Source of the DNA: a virus
Taxonomy: Duplodnaviria > Caudoviricetes
Reading direction: 5' to 3' (one strand)
IMG/VR virus record: IMGVR_UViG_3300022876_000002
Length of the DNA: 64,000 nt
In this document: positions 47,228 through 54,908 of the stretch, piece after piece
Layout: each line of letters begins with the position of its first letter
How positions within the stretch are numbered: the stretch's first letter is position 1
Notes under the pieces: model-generated
The model's database searches: none
The model's input: only the letters and a program-made list of their open reading frames with translations
Told to the model about the DNA's origin: nothing
Position numbers and translations under genes: made by a program

Positions 47228-48759
47228 CCGACCTGACGGGCGAAGTTGTTGTAGGTTTCTTTGAGTTCCTTCAGGTTGGGCTCAATCACTGCATGCAGTG
47301 TACCGCTAGCCCGTTCCATGAAGGTTTTAGCATCCGCATCCTTGATAAACATCAAAGGCTGTGGACGACCCTTCTTATCCAGCAACGGCTTGTGCCCGTG
47401 TGCCTTGGCATCAGCAACTGCGGCCATCATGATGTCCAGGTCACCGATTACTCCACCCATGTAGTAAGCATAGGTACGGTTGTGCCATTCCACCAGGTTG
47501 ATGATCTGCTTCTGCACCACGTTCAGCGACTGCGACACACTGTAGCAGAACTGGGTAAAGTTCCGCACTTCCATGGTCATACGCTGGTACTCAGCAGTAA
47601 GCTGGTGTTGCTTAGGCAGTTTGGTGTAACCGTAGAAACTGTTCATGTCTTCGATTTTGTCTGCATCAGACTTGTCGATCAACTCACCCAGTTCTTTCCA
47701 ATTGATACCGCTGAGGTCCAACTGTTTGTCGGAGATCTCTTGGTAGCGCTTGTTGAGTGCCTGGATGTTAACGAACAGCTGCGGGATATCCTGCGGAGCC
47801 AACTGAATGGTTTGCGTGTGGATATCCTGCTTGAGCTTAGCACGGACTTTGTCAAACCCTTCGGTCAGTTCTTCGTTAGTGAAACTGACTTTGTAGAGTT
47901 CTTCGTAGACCTTACCGACTACGACAGTAATAGGCTGGACGTCCAGGCTAGCCTTGACTTCCTCGATGCCTTTAACTACACGCACGGCTTCAGGGGAATC
48001 CCCCATGCTCAGTTGCTCACCACGGCTACGGCGTGCCACAAACTGTTTGTGCTCTTCTTTCAAGGTCTTCTTGAATCGACGAGCAGCCTGGTCGGCTTTG
48101 TTGCTAGCCTGATTCAGTTTGGACACGGCATCCTTGAGCAAAGGCAGTGCGGTGTGCAGGCCCTTGATCGAGTCCATATCCTTTTCCATTTTGGATTTAA
48201 GGATGTGGAGCTGGGTAACCGGGGACTTGCCTGGAGCCATCTCGCCCAGATAAGCCTCTACGTTGTACGTAGCCGCAGGGAAGCCCAGGCCTTTGAGAGT
48301 CTCAGCAAACTGTTGTTTCAGATCATCCAAGGAGTCATCGATCTCCTTATTGATACGCGCAGACTTACGGAAACCGAAGAAGGTCTTGACGATATCTACT
48401 ACCCAGTCAATAGCCATACGGATATAACGGATAACAGCTGCAACACCTTCCTTGAATTTCTCAGCTACGTAGCCAAAGAACCCTTCTGCACCGGTACGAG
48501 CGTTACGCTCCGATGGGAAAGGATCATAGCGGTTAGCACCATCGAGGTCTAACTGCTTAGCGATATCGCGGGACAACTTACCCATAGACAACTGCTCGAA
48601 GCCCTGCATCATCACAGTGCCTTCTTGCTGGTTGGTCTCTTTGAAGTATTCGTCCAGGTCGACTCGCTGTTTACCCGAACCTGGCTGATATGAATCAGTG
48701 GGGCTCGAGTTACCTACCTGCTTGTAGGAATCGATTTGTTCCCCAGCTTCATCACTCAT
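47212..48759 (-). CDS. Internal head / ejected protein
   Basis: 515 aa; GFE, GAE|GFFGYVAEKFKEGVAAVIRYIRMAIDWVVDIVKTFFG. Confidence 0.7.
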   Translation of the reverse strand: MSDEAGEQIDSYKQVGNSSPTDSYQPGSGKQRVDLDEYFKETNQQEGTVMMQGFEQLSMGKLSRDIAKQLDLDGANRYDPFPSERNARTGAEGFFGYVAEKFKEGVAAVIRYIRMAIDWVVDIVKTFFGFRKSARINKEIDDSLDDLKQQFAETLKGLGFPAATYNVEAYLGEMAPGKSPVTQLHILKSKMEKDMDSIKGLHTALPLLKDAVSKLNQASNKADQAARRFKKTLKEEHKQFVARRSRGEQLSMGDSPEAVRVVKGIEEVKASLDVQPITVVVGKVYEELYKVSFTNEELTEGFDKVRAKLKQDIHTQTIQLAPQDIPQLFVNIQALNKRYQEISDKQLDLSGINWKELGELIDKSDADKIEDMNSFYGYTKLPKQHQLTAEYQRMTMEVRNFTQFCYSVSQSLNVVQKQIINLVEWHNRTYAYYMGGVIGDLDIMMAAVADAKAHGHKPLLDKKGRPQPLMFIKDADAKTFMERASGTLHAVIEPNLKELKETYNNFARQVGWRKA

Positions 48760-49162
48760 TGCCGTGCTCCAGTTCTTTGGACAGGTACTGTACCAGTTCG
48801 TTGAAACCAGGTGCCTCGGCGACGTTCACTTCCAAGCCTTCTTCTTGCGGCCAGGTATTGAACTGCTTGGCGCAAGGCAGAGTACCCGAAGTAGCCAGGG
48901 CGCCAGCAATCAGGTTGGTACGGCTGAACACCGAGTTGTGGATGTAGGGAGCGTTAACTGGCGACACACGGTTCCAGCATTCCAGCTGCTTCCACAGCTT
49001 GGCTTTGAACGCTTCTACGTTATGACCTGGGTGGCTGTAGTTGACCATCAGCGCTGCGCGGATGTAAGCCTCGTTGAGCAGGTGGGACTGCTCCATTGGG
49101 CAGAGCACACCTTTCTCGGTCAGGAAGTTCTTGATAGGCAATACGTGGACGAGATGCGACAT
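48752..49162 (-). CDS. Small head protein (phiKZ gp85-like)
   Basis: 136 aa; AAGGAG upstream; synteny. Confidence 0.6.
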   Translation of the reverse strand: MSHLVHVLPIKNFLTEKGVLCPMEQSHLLNEAYIRAALMVNYSHPGHNVEAFKAKLWKQLECWNRVSPVNAPYIHNSVFSRTNLIAGALATSGTLPCAKQFNTWPQEEGLEVNVAEAPGFNELVQYLSKELEHGNE

Positions 49163-49174
49163 AGGGTTAACTCC

Positions 49175-50536
49175 TTATGCGAGGGTTTTGAGACGCTCAG
49201 CGAAGACCGTCATTTCGTTATTGACAAGTGCTTGAGTAAAGTGCTCGTGTTCGGACTTCTTGAAATCAGAACCTTTCAGCAACCAGCCAAGCATGCGCTT
49301 AAGGGCAGTACCCTCGTACCATGGCTTGATGGTCTTGTTGATCTCGAGGAGTTTCTCGATATCTTTGAGCAATTCGGCTTTATCGGCAGCTGGCATTTCT
49401 ACTTCTTTCAGCTTGGCGATCAATTGTCGCACAGCGTCTTCGAAGCGACGATGGTTGGAGTTGTACACACCGTGGAAGCCAGGCATGAAGTACCCGATAA
49501 CCGTGGCTACCAGGAAAATCAGCAAACCACCTGCTGCCAGTACACTGAGTGGGATACCAGCCAATGCCATGGTCAGTAGTGACCCGGCAAACAGCATAGC
49601 ACTGATCAGGGTATAGACAATGCCGAACATCATTGCGTTCATCACAGTCATGATGCAGCCGTGGTCTACCAATGCGCCGATTGCTGCTACCACAGCTTTA
49701 CCGCAACCCATACGGATGGCATAGACGTCAGCGATGACCTCACTAGACATCTCTTCTACACCGAGCGACAGTGCCCGGGAGGTATTACGTTGTGCTACCA
49801 GCTTGTTGAAGAACAACAGCATAGCAGCGTCGCTTTCATCTTGAGCGATCTCCTGGAGTTCTTGCTGCTTAGGAGCAGGTAGTTCCAGGAGCTGCGCTGT
49901 GTCTTTCAGCACAGTAATACGTTCTTCACGAGACTGACCACCACGATAGTGGTTCAGTGCAGCACGCGAGATAACGTTGTCTGCGGCCATGGTAGCCATC
50001 AACGCACAGCCACCGTAGCAGTGGCCCATCTCGTGTGTGATAGCACCGCTCAGTACTTCATGCATCGGCACTTCGTACTTTTCGATTTTATCACTAGGGA
50101 AAGTTAGCTTGAGGTTGGCGTTAATTTTCATGGTAATAGGCAAGTCCTGGAAACTACCAGTAACCCGACCAGTACGGAAATCAACACCACCTTCAAAGAC
50201 TTTCTCTTTGTTCTTTACGAACCACTTGTAAAGAGTGGTTTCCGCAGGCTTGAGGAACTCGTCCAGCCCTTTGGAGTTGAGTACGTGTTTGGGAGAAAAG
50301 TAGCCGACGTTGACCGAGAGGTTGCCATCTTCCACGAGTTCTATCTTGATATTACGAAAACCAATATATTCTTTGATAATGTCTTTGATGCCTTGGTAAG
50401 CATCCTTGGACAAAACCAGTTGCCCGTTTATCATCTCTGCCAAATGGCTAGATAATTTTCTGTGAAAATCATCGCTTTGAAAATCGATGAATTCCAGACC
50501 TCCCCGTTGCATGGTCAGGAACGACATGGAAAGCAT
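49175..50536 (-). CDS. Putative membrane-embedded zinc metalloprotease (M48/HtpX-like) among the head proteins
   Basis: ITHEMGH, then EVIADVYAIRMGCGKAVVAAIGAL, then about 55 hydrophobic residues; N-terminal GGLE|FIDFQ; start reassigned to ATG 50536. Confidence 0.65.
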   Translation of the reverse strand: MLSMSFLTMQRGGLEFIDFQSDDFHRKLSSHLAEMINGQLVLSKDAYQGIKDIIKEYIGFRNIKIELVEDGNLSVNVGYFSPKHVLNSKGLDEFLKPAETTLYKWFVKNKEKVFEGGVDFRTGRVTGSFQDLPITMKINANLKLTFPSDKIEKYEVPMHEVLSGAITHEMGHCYGGCALMATMAADNVISRAALNHYRGGQSREERITVLKDTAQLLELPAPKQQELQEIAQDESDAAMLLFFNKLVAQRNTSRALSLGVEEMSSEVIADVYAIRMGCGKAVVAAIGALVDHGCIMTVMNAMMFGIVYTLISAMLFAGSLLTMALAGIPLSVLAAGGLLIFLVATVIGYFMPGFHGVYNSNHRRFEDAVRQLIAKLKEVEMPAADKAELLKDIEKLLEINKTIKPWYEGTALKRMLGWLLKGSDFKKSEHEHFTQALVNNEMTVFAERLKTLA

Positions 50537-50610
50537 GGCTACCACCCCTATATTTTTAACTGAGTCGCTATGGATATAGCGCAAAATCGGCATAAAATGC
50601 AGGCCAAATA

Positions 50611-52413
50611 ATGACCACTACGAATTCACCAATTGTAGCTAGAGTTTGTAAAAGTGCTGGCTATAGTCTGCATCAAAGCGACCGTAGTCAAGACTTGTTG
50701 TGTGCAAAGATCACCAACATCCACGAAGACGGTAGCCGTACCAATTCTTTCATTGCAATCAAGAACTACAAACAACCGTTCTGGATTGTAAAAGATGTAC
50801 ACCGTAAGTTCGAGCAACACAAGGATTACATCAAAGAAACAATGGTTCGCGAGTACCGGTCACCACGGTGCCGTATCCCGTTTGAGGTCAAGAAACAGCT
50901 TTATGGAGCGGCAGACTATAAAGCTAGTATGCGTGATGTTAAGTCTGAACAGTTTGTATTTGGTTTAGACCAGACCCCGCCAGTACACTTCAAGCGTCGG
51001 TTCTTTGAGAAATACGGGGAGATCCAAGAGAAAGAACCTTACACCTTAGCAGCGTTCGACGTCGAAGCCGACATGGATAAGCCGGACCAGCCGATTATCT
51101 GTGCTTCGGTCACCATGAAGGACAAGGCATATTTCGCTGGGGTGCGTAGCTGGTATAAAGAGGATAGTGATGAGACTATTCTTAGTAAGCTCAAAGCAGC
51201 TGAAGACAAGTACGTTAAGGAACACGTTGAGCGTCGTAAGTGCAAGATTGTTTATGAACTGTTCGACACACCTGGTCAAGTAGTAGCAGCTTGTATCGGT
51301 AAGTTCCACGAGTGGGAACCAGACTGGGTGGCTAGCTGGAACGCAGCTTACGATATGGAAGCTTGCGAGAAGGCGCTTATCAAGGAAGGGTACAACCTAG
51401 CCGATATCTACTGCGACCCACGTGTACCTAAAGAGTTCCGCTCGTACGAGTACAACCCTGGTCGTACCCACAAGGTTAAAGAGAACGGTGATCGCACACC
51501 ACTCGAGCCACAAGAGAAATTCCCAAGTGTCAGATGTCAGGCTACTTGGAAGTGGGCAGATGCCATGTCGGTATACGCCATTAAACGCTTCCCGTTCGGT
51601 AAGTTGGAATCGTACTCACTGGAAGCTATTGCTACTCGTGAGGAAGTGCCTGGTAAACTGTACACCGAGGAAGGTCGTGGCTGGGGTAACGGATCGCCAC
51701 AGTGGCACCGGAACATGCAGCGTCAGCAGAAGTACCTGTACTCGATCTACAACATTGCCGATAACTGGCCGATTGAAGAGATCAACGAGAAGACGTTCGA
51801 CTTCACACTGTCGTTACCGATGCTGTTAAGGTACTCTGAGTACTTCAACTTTGTGTCGCAACCTACACTGATCTCGGATACCTTGTCGTTCGTGGCTAAA
51901 GAGCACGGTTATGTATGGGGTAGTACACCACCTCGTCGTGATGACTTCTTTACTTCGCGTCTGCCTACACTGGGTGACTGGATTGCTCTGCTTGACACCG
52001 AGAAAAACTCGAGTCAGGGTAGCTTCCTGTTTGCTGGTCTGGAAGACGTACAGTCTCAAGGTCGTGCTGCTACATCTGACTTGGACGTGGAGGGTGCATA
52101 CCCAACTGGTACACTGACTGGTAACGTGTCTAACACTACTACCATGATGGAAGTATATCGTATCCAAGGTGCTGACTCGATGCAGCTGCGTGAGATTGCT
52201 GTTAACTACGCAAGTAGTCCAGCAGCTAACGCAATCAGTCTGGCTAACAAACTGTATGGTTTCCCACGTATCTCCGAACTCAAAGATGTGTTCGAGCGTT
52301 GCCTGGGTGAGCGCGGTATGGAAGCACAGCTGTACACGCTGCAGAATGCTAAACCGAAACCTGCTCCTGTTGTTGACGAAACCCTTAACCCAGACCTGCC
52401 AATGGCAGCATAA
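50611..52413 (+). CDS. polB: Split family-B DNA polymerase, 3'-5' exonuclease plus palm motif A subunit (phiKZ gp82-like)
   Basis: ExoI AAFDVEAD, ExoII SWNAAYD, ExoIII-like YNIAD, motif A SDLDVEGAYP; motifs B and C absent. Confidence 0.85.
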   Translation: MTTTNSPIVARVCKSAGYSLHQSDRSQDLLCAKITNIHEDGSRTNSFIAIKNYKQPFWIVKDVHRKFEQHKDYIKETMVREYRSPRCRIPFEVKKQLYGAADYKASMRDVKSEQFVFGLDQTPPVHFKRRFFEKYGEIQEKEPYTLAAFDVEADMDKPDQPIICASVTMKDKAYFAGVRSWYKEDSDETILSKLKAAEDKYVKEHVERRKCKIVYELFDTPGQVVAACIGKFHEWEPDWVASWNAAYDMEACEKALIKEGYNLADIYCDPRVPKEFRSYEYNPGRTHKVKENGDRTPLEPQEKFPSVRCQATWKWADAMSVYAIKRFPFGKLESYSLEAIATREEVPGKLYTEEGRGWGNGSPQWHRNMQRQQKYLYSIYNIADNWPIEEINEKTFDFTLSLPMLLRYSEYFNFVSQPTLISDTLSFVAKEHGYVWGSTPPRRDDFFTSRLPTLGDWIALLDTEKNSSQGSFLFAGLEDVQSQGRAATSDLDVEGAYPTGTLTGNVSNTTTMMEVYRIQGADSMQLREIAVNYASSPAANAISLANKLYGFPRISELKDVFERCLGERGMEAQLYTLQNAKPKPAPVVDETLNPDLPMAA

Positions 52414-52422
52414 CAGACATAA

Positions 52423-52456
52423 CCCTACCCTAGCCCCGCTAAGGGCTAGGGTAGGG
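52423..52456. terminator. Hairpin at a convergent junction
   Basis: 14-bp stem CCCTACCCTAGCCC / GGGCTAGGGTAGGG. Confidence 0.75.
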
Positions 52457-52469
52457 ACTATGCACGCAA

Positions 52470-53555
52470 TTAGATCGCGTAGATCTTGATCAGTGCCACG
52501 TGTGCTGCACGCAGACGCACGTTGGAGATCTCGATCAGCTTGGCTACTTTGATAGCCTGGTTCATTACCACACGCAGAGTGCCCAACAGCAACTTGAGAC
52601 GCTCTTTGTCTTTACCTTCTTTGGCTTCCTTCATTTGCTTCTCAGTGTCATTGAAGATCGACTGCATCTTCGACTTCTTCTGATTGAAGGATTCACCCAG
52701 GGTTTTCATCGCATCGACGTTAGCCTGGATAGCACGGCCAAAGGCTACTACTTTGCCCACAGTGTCCAGCTCCATTGCTTTATCAAGCATGGGGATGAAG
52801 GTGCGGTCTTTGACGATAACCTTGCTTACTTCAGCTTCGATATCGATCAATACATCCACAGCAGCATGGTTGGATTGCATGAGACGATCGTTGGCTTCAG
52901 AGTACTTGCGGTTTTTCTCGTCGGTAACGATCTTGTTGAAACCGTTTTTGGCGGTAACAGCAGCTTTGATCGCCTCGGCGGCCTTGAGTTTGGCTTTCTT
53001 GTTAAGCTTGTGGATCTTTTTCAGAGCCACCTTAACAGCCGCTTTGACTTCCTGAGGTGTGCGCGCAGCACGGAGCTCATCTGCCAGGGCCTGGTCACCG
53101 TTTTCCGCTGCGACGCTAGCCATGGCACTGGCTTGCTTCTTGGCGTCCTCGTCAGACTGGGTCCCGTTCTCGGCAGCAGTAGCGTCCTTGTTCTGCTCGT
53201 CGATCTCTTTCTTGGTCTTATCCGCTTCCTCAGCGTTGTCACGACCAAAGAAGAAACCCCACACCGACTTGAACATGTCGCACAGCCATTTCCAGGCAGC
53301 AGCAAAGCCGTTGCCAATGGCAGAGAACACACCACCTTCTTCGTTACCGGCCAGCTGGCTGTGACTGATCACACCGTTGGCGAACAGCACGCCAGCAAAG
53401 TAACGCTGGTTAGCAGTAAGGCTGATGGACTCACCGCCAGCCACTGCATCCATTTGATCCACGGAGTCTTCCAGGGCATCCAACATTACGTTGACTTCTG
53501 GGAGGTCCGGTACAGCTTGTACGTAGTCCGTACTGTACTCGTCGGTGTTGTCCAT
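52470..53555 (-). CDS. Internal head / ejected protein, paralog of 33415-34896
   Basis: 361 aa; RYFAGVLFAN...GNE|EGGVFSAIGNGFAAAWKWLCDMFKSVWGFFFG. Confidence 0.7.
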   Translation of the reverse strand: MDNTDEYSTDYVQAVPDLPEVNVMLDALEDSVDQMDAVAGGESISLTANQRYFAGVLFANGVISHSQLAGNEEGGVFSAIGNGFAAAWKWLCDMFKSVWGFFFGRDNAEEADKTKKEIDEQNKDATAAENGTQSDEDAKKQASAMASVAAENGDQALADELRAARTPQEVKAAVKVALKKIHKLNKKAKLKAAEAIKAAVTAKNGFNKIVTDEKNRKYSEANDRLMQSNHAAVDVLIDIEAEVSKVIVKDRTFIPMLDKAMELDTVGKVVAFGRAIQANVDAMKTLGESFNQKKSKMQSIFNDTEKQMKEAKEGKDKERLKLLLGTLRVVMNQAIKVAKLIEISNVRLRAAHVALIKIYAI

Positions 53556-53563
53556 GACGGTCC

Positions 53564-54346
53564 TTAGCGAGCCGCTACCAGTGTGTTGAAATACATGGTA
53601 ACGTTTTGTTTACCGACTTCGCGGAGATCTGCAATCACGGTAGCGATATCAGTTTGCTGACGCAGCCGCGCGCGGTTGGTCCAGTTCACTGCGATCTTGG
53701 TGAGGAAGGTCACGTAATCGGTGTAACGGTTGATGGACTGCTGGGAGTAGTGTCCCTGCAGGTTTTTGAGGAAGCGCAGTGCTTCGCCGGAACGGAACAG
53801 TTCCTTGTTGTCCACAATCATGCGGATCAGGGCATCTGTAACGATCTTGAATTTCTCGAAGTCCAGGCTGGTGGACTCACCGACGGTTTCGATGAAGCTC
53901 ACTTGTTCCAGACGCTGTTCTTCGATACTGGCAAAGCCCACTTCACCTTTCAGGTGGCGCAGGTGCTTCTCGATGCGACGCAGCATGATGTTGGTAACAG
54001 CGCTGCCGCCATCTGCTACCATTTCAGGGCCAGGCACGACGTTCGGTACTTCGTCCAGGCTAGCTTCGCCCTTTTCCACTTCCAGGCTTACGTCAGGACC
54101 TGGTGCTGGCTCGGTGGGTTCGGTTGGATCTGGGGTAACTGGTTGTTCGGTCACTGGGCCTACCTCGTCGATTACTGGGGGAGTCCAGTCCGGTTCTGGT
54201 TCTGGTTCGGGCTCAACTGCGTCGATCGGAGCGATCGGTTCGTCTTTGAGGATTACATCACCTTCTTTTGGAGCTGCGGTTGCTGCTGCCACAGCAGTGG
54301 CCACTGCGGTAGTAGTAGCGGTAGGAGTCTTATCTTCCTTTGCCAT
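53564..54346 (-). CDS. Hypothetical protein with Pro/Glu/Thr-rich N-terminus
   Basis: 260 aa from ATG 54346 (GAGG upstream); EPEPEPEP low-complexity region. Confidence 0.7.
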   Translation of the reverse strand: MAKEDKTPTATTTAVATAVAAATAAPKEGDVILKDEPIAPIDAVEPEPEPEPDWTPPVIDEVGPVTEQPVTPDPTEPTEPAPGPDVSLEVEKGEASLDEVPNVVPGPEMVADGGSAVTNIMLRRIEKHLRHLKGEVGFASIEEQRLEQVSFIETVGESTSLDFEKFKIVTDALIRMIVDNKELFRSGEALRFLKNLQGHYSQQSINRYTDYVTFLTKIAVNWTNRARLRQQTDIATVIADLREVGKQNVTMYFNTLVAAR

Positions 54347-54397
54347 GTCACAAACCTCTATTTCGAAATAGAATAAGCTGTTGCTGATCAGCATAAA

Positions 54398-54429
54398 ATA
54401 CCCCCTAGCCCGTTAAGGCTAGAGGGTAT
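54398..54429 (-). terminator. Terminator-like hairpin
   Basis: ATACCC-C-CTAGCC / GGCTAG-A-GGGTAT. Confidence 0.55.
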
Positions 54430-54435
54430 TAAACA

Positions 54436-54903
54436 CTAACGGGGTTTTACTAATCGTGGATCAAAGCCAGCTTTACGGAGATCTTCCTGTTGCTCTTTCG
54501 GTAACCCTTGTCGCTGTTCTTCTGCTTTACGACGGGCTTCTTCAGCCTTATCGCGTTTGTTGAGGCCTTTACTAACAGCCTCTAGAAACTCATCCACTAC
54601 AGCAGACGGCATTTCCAGGTAGTCCTTAGGAGTCATTAACTCACCGAGTTTATGGTATCCGAAGTACTCACCTACCTGTTCCGTCGACCATGGGTGGAAG
54701 AAAGCGTTCTCAGCAGGGTTGTAGGCGATCGAGGAGTAAGGTGTACGTGTTTTAGGATCATAGCGCTCGAAGTTGATGTCTACCATCATTTTCTCATTGA
54801 GCAGCAAGGTCTCCGGTAGCATCTGTTTGACAGACTTACCCAACAGACTACGAGTGATACCTTCATGAACCGTATTAAACGTTACCTTACCCCCCGGTCC
54901 CAC
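54436..54903 (-). CDS. Putative second part of the tail-assembly chaperone (lambda T-like); -1 frame open back to the slippery site
   Basis: 155 aa; weak own RBS; DYLEMPSAVVDEFLEAV resembles the short helical motif that follows T4 gp26-type genes. Confidence 0.55.
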   Translation of the reverse strand: MGPGGKVTFNTVHEGITRSLLGKSVKQMLPETLLLNEKMMVDINFERYDPKTRTPYSSIAYNPAENAFFHPWSTEQVGEYFGYHKLGELMTPKDYLEMPSAVVDEFLEAVSKGLNKRDKAEEARRKAEEQRQGLPKEQQEDLRKAGFDPRLVKPR

Positions 54904-54908
54904 TTTAC

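Noticed and set aside
6013-52005. Other A/T runs in coding regions (G-TTT-TTC near 6013; G-AAA-AAG/C near 12712, 13672 and 51999)
   Set aside because: Not full X-XXY-YYZ heptamers, located mid-gene, and with no evident stimulatory structure or coupled downstream ORF.
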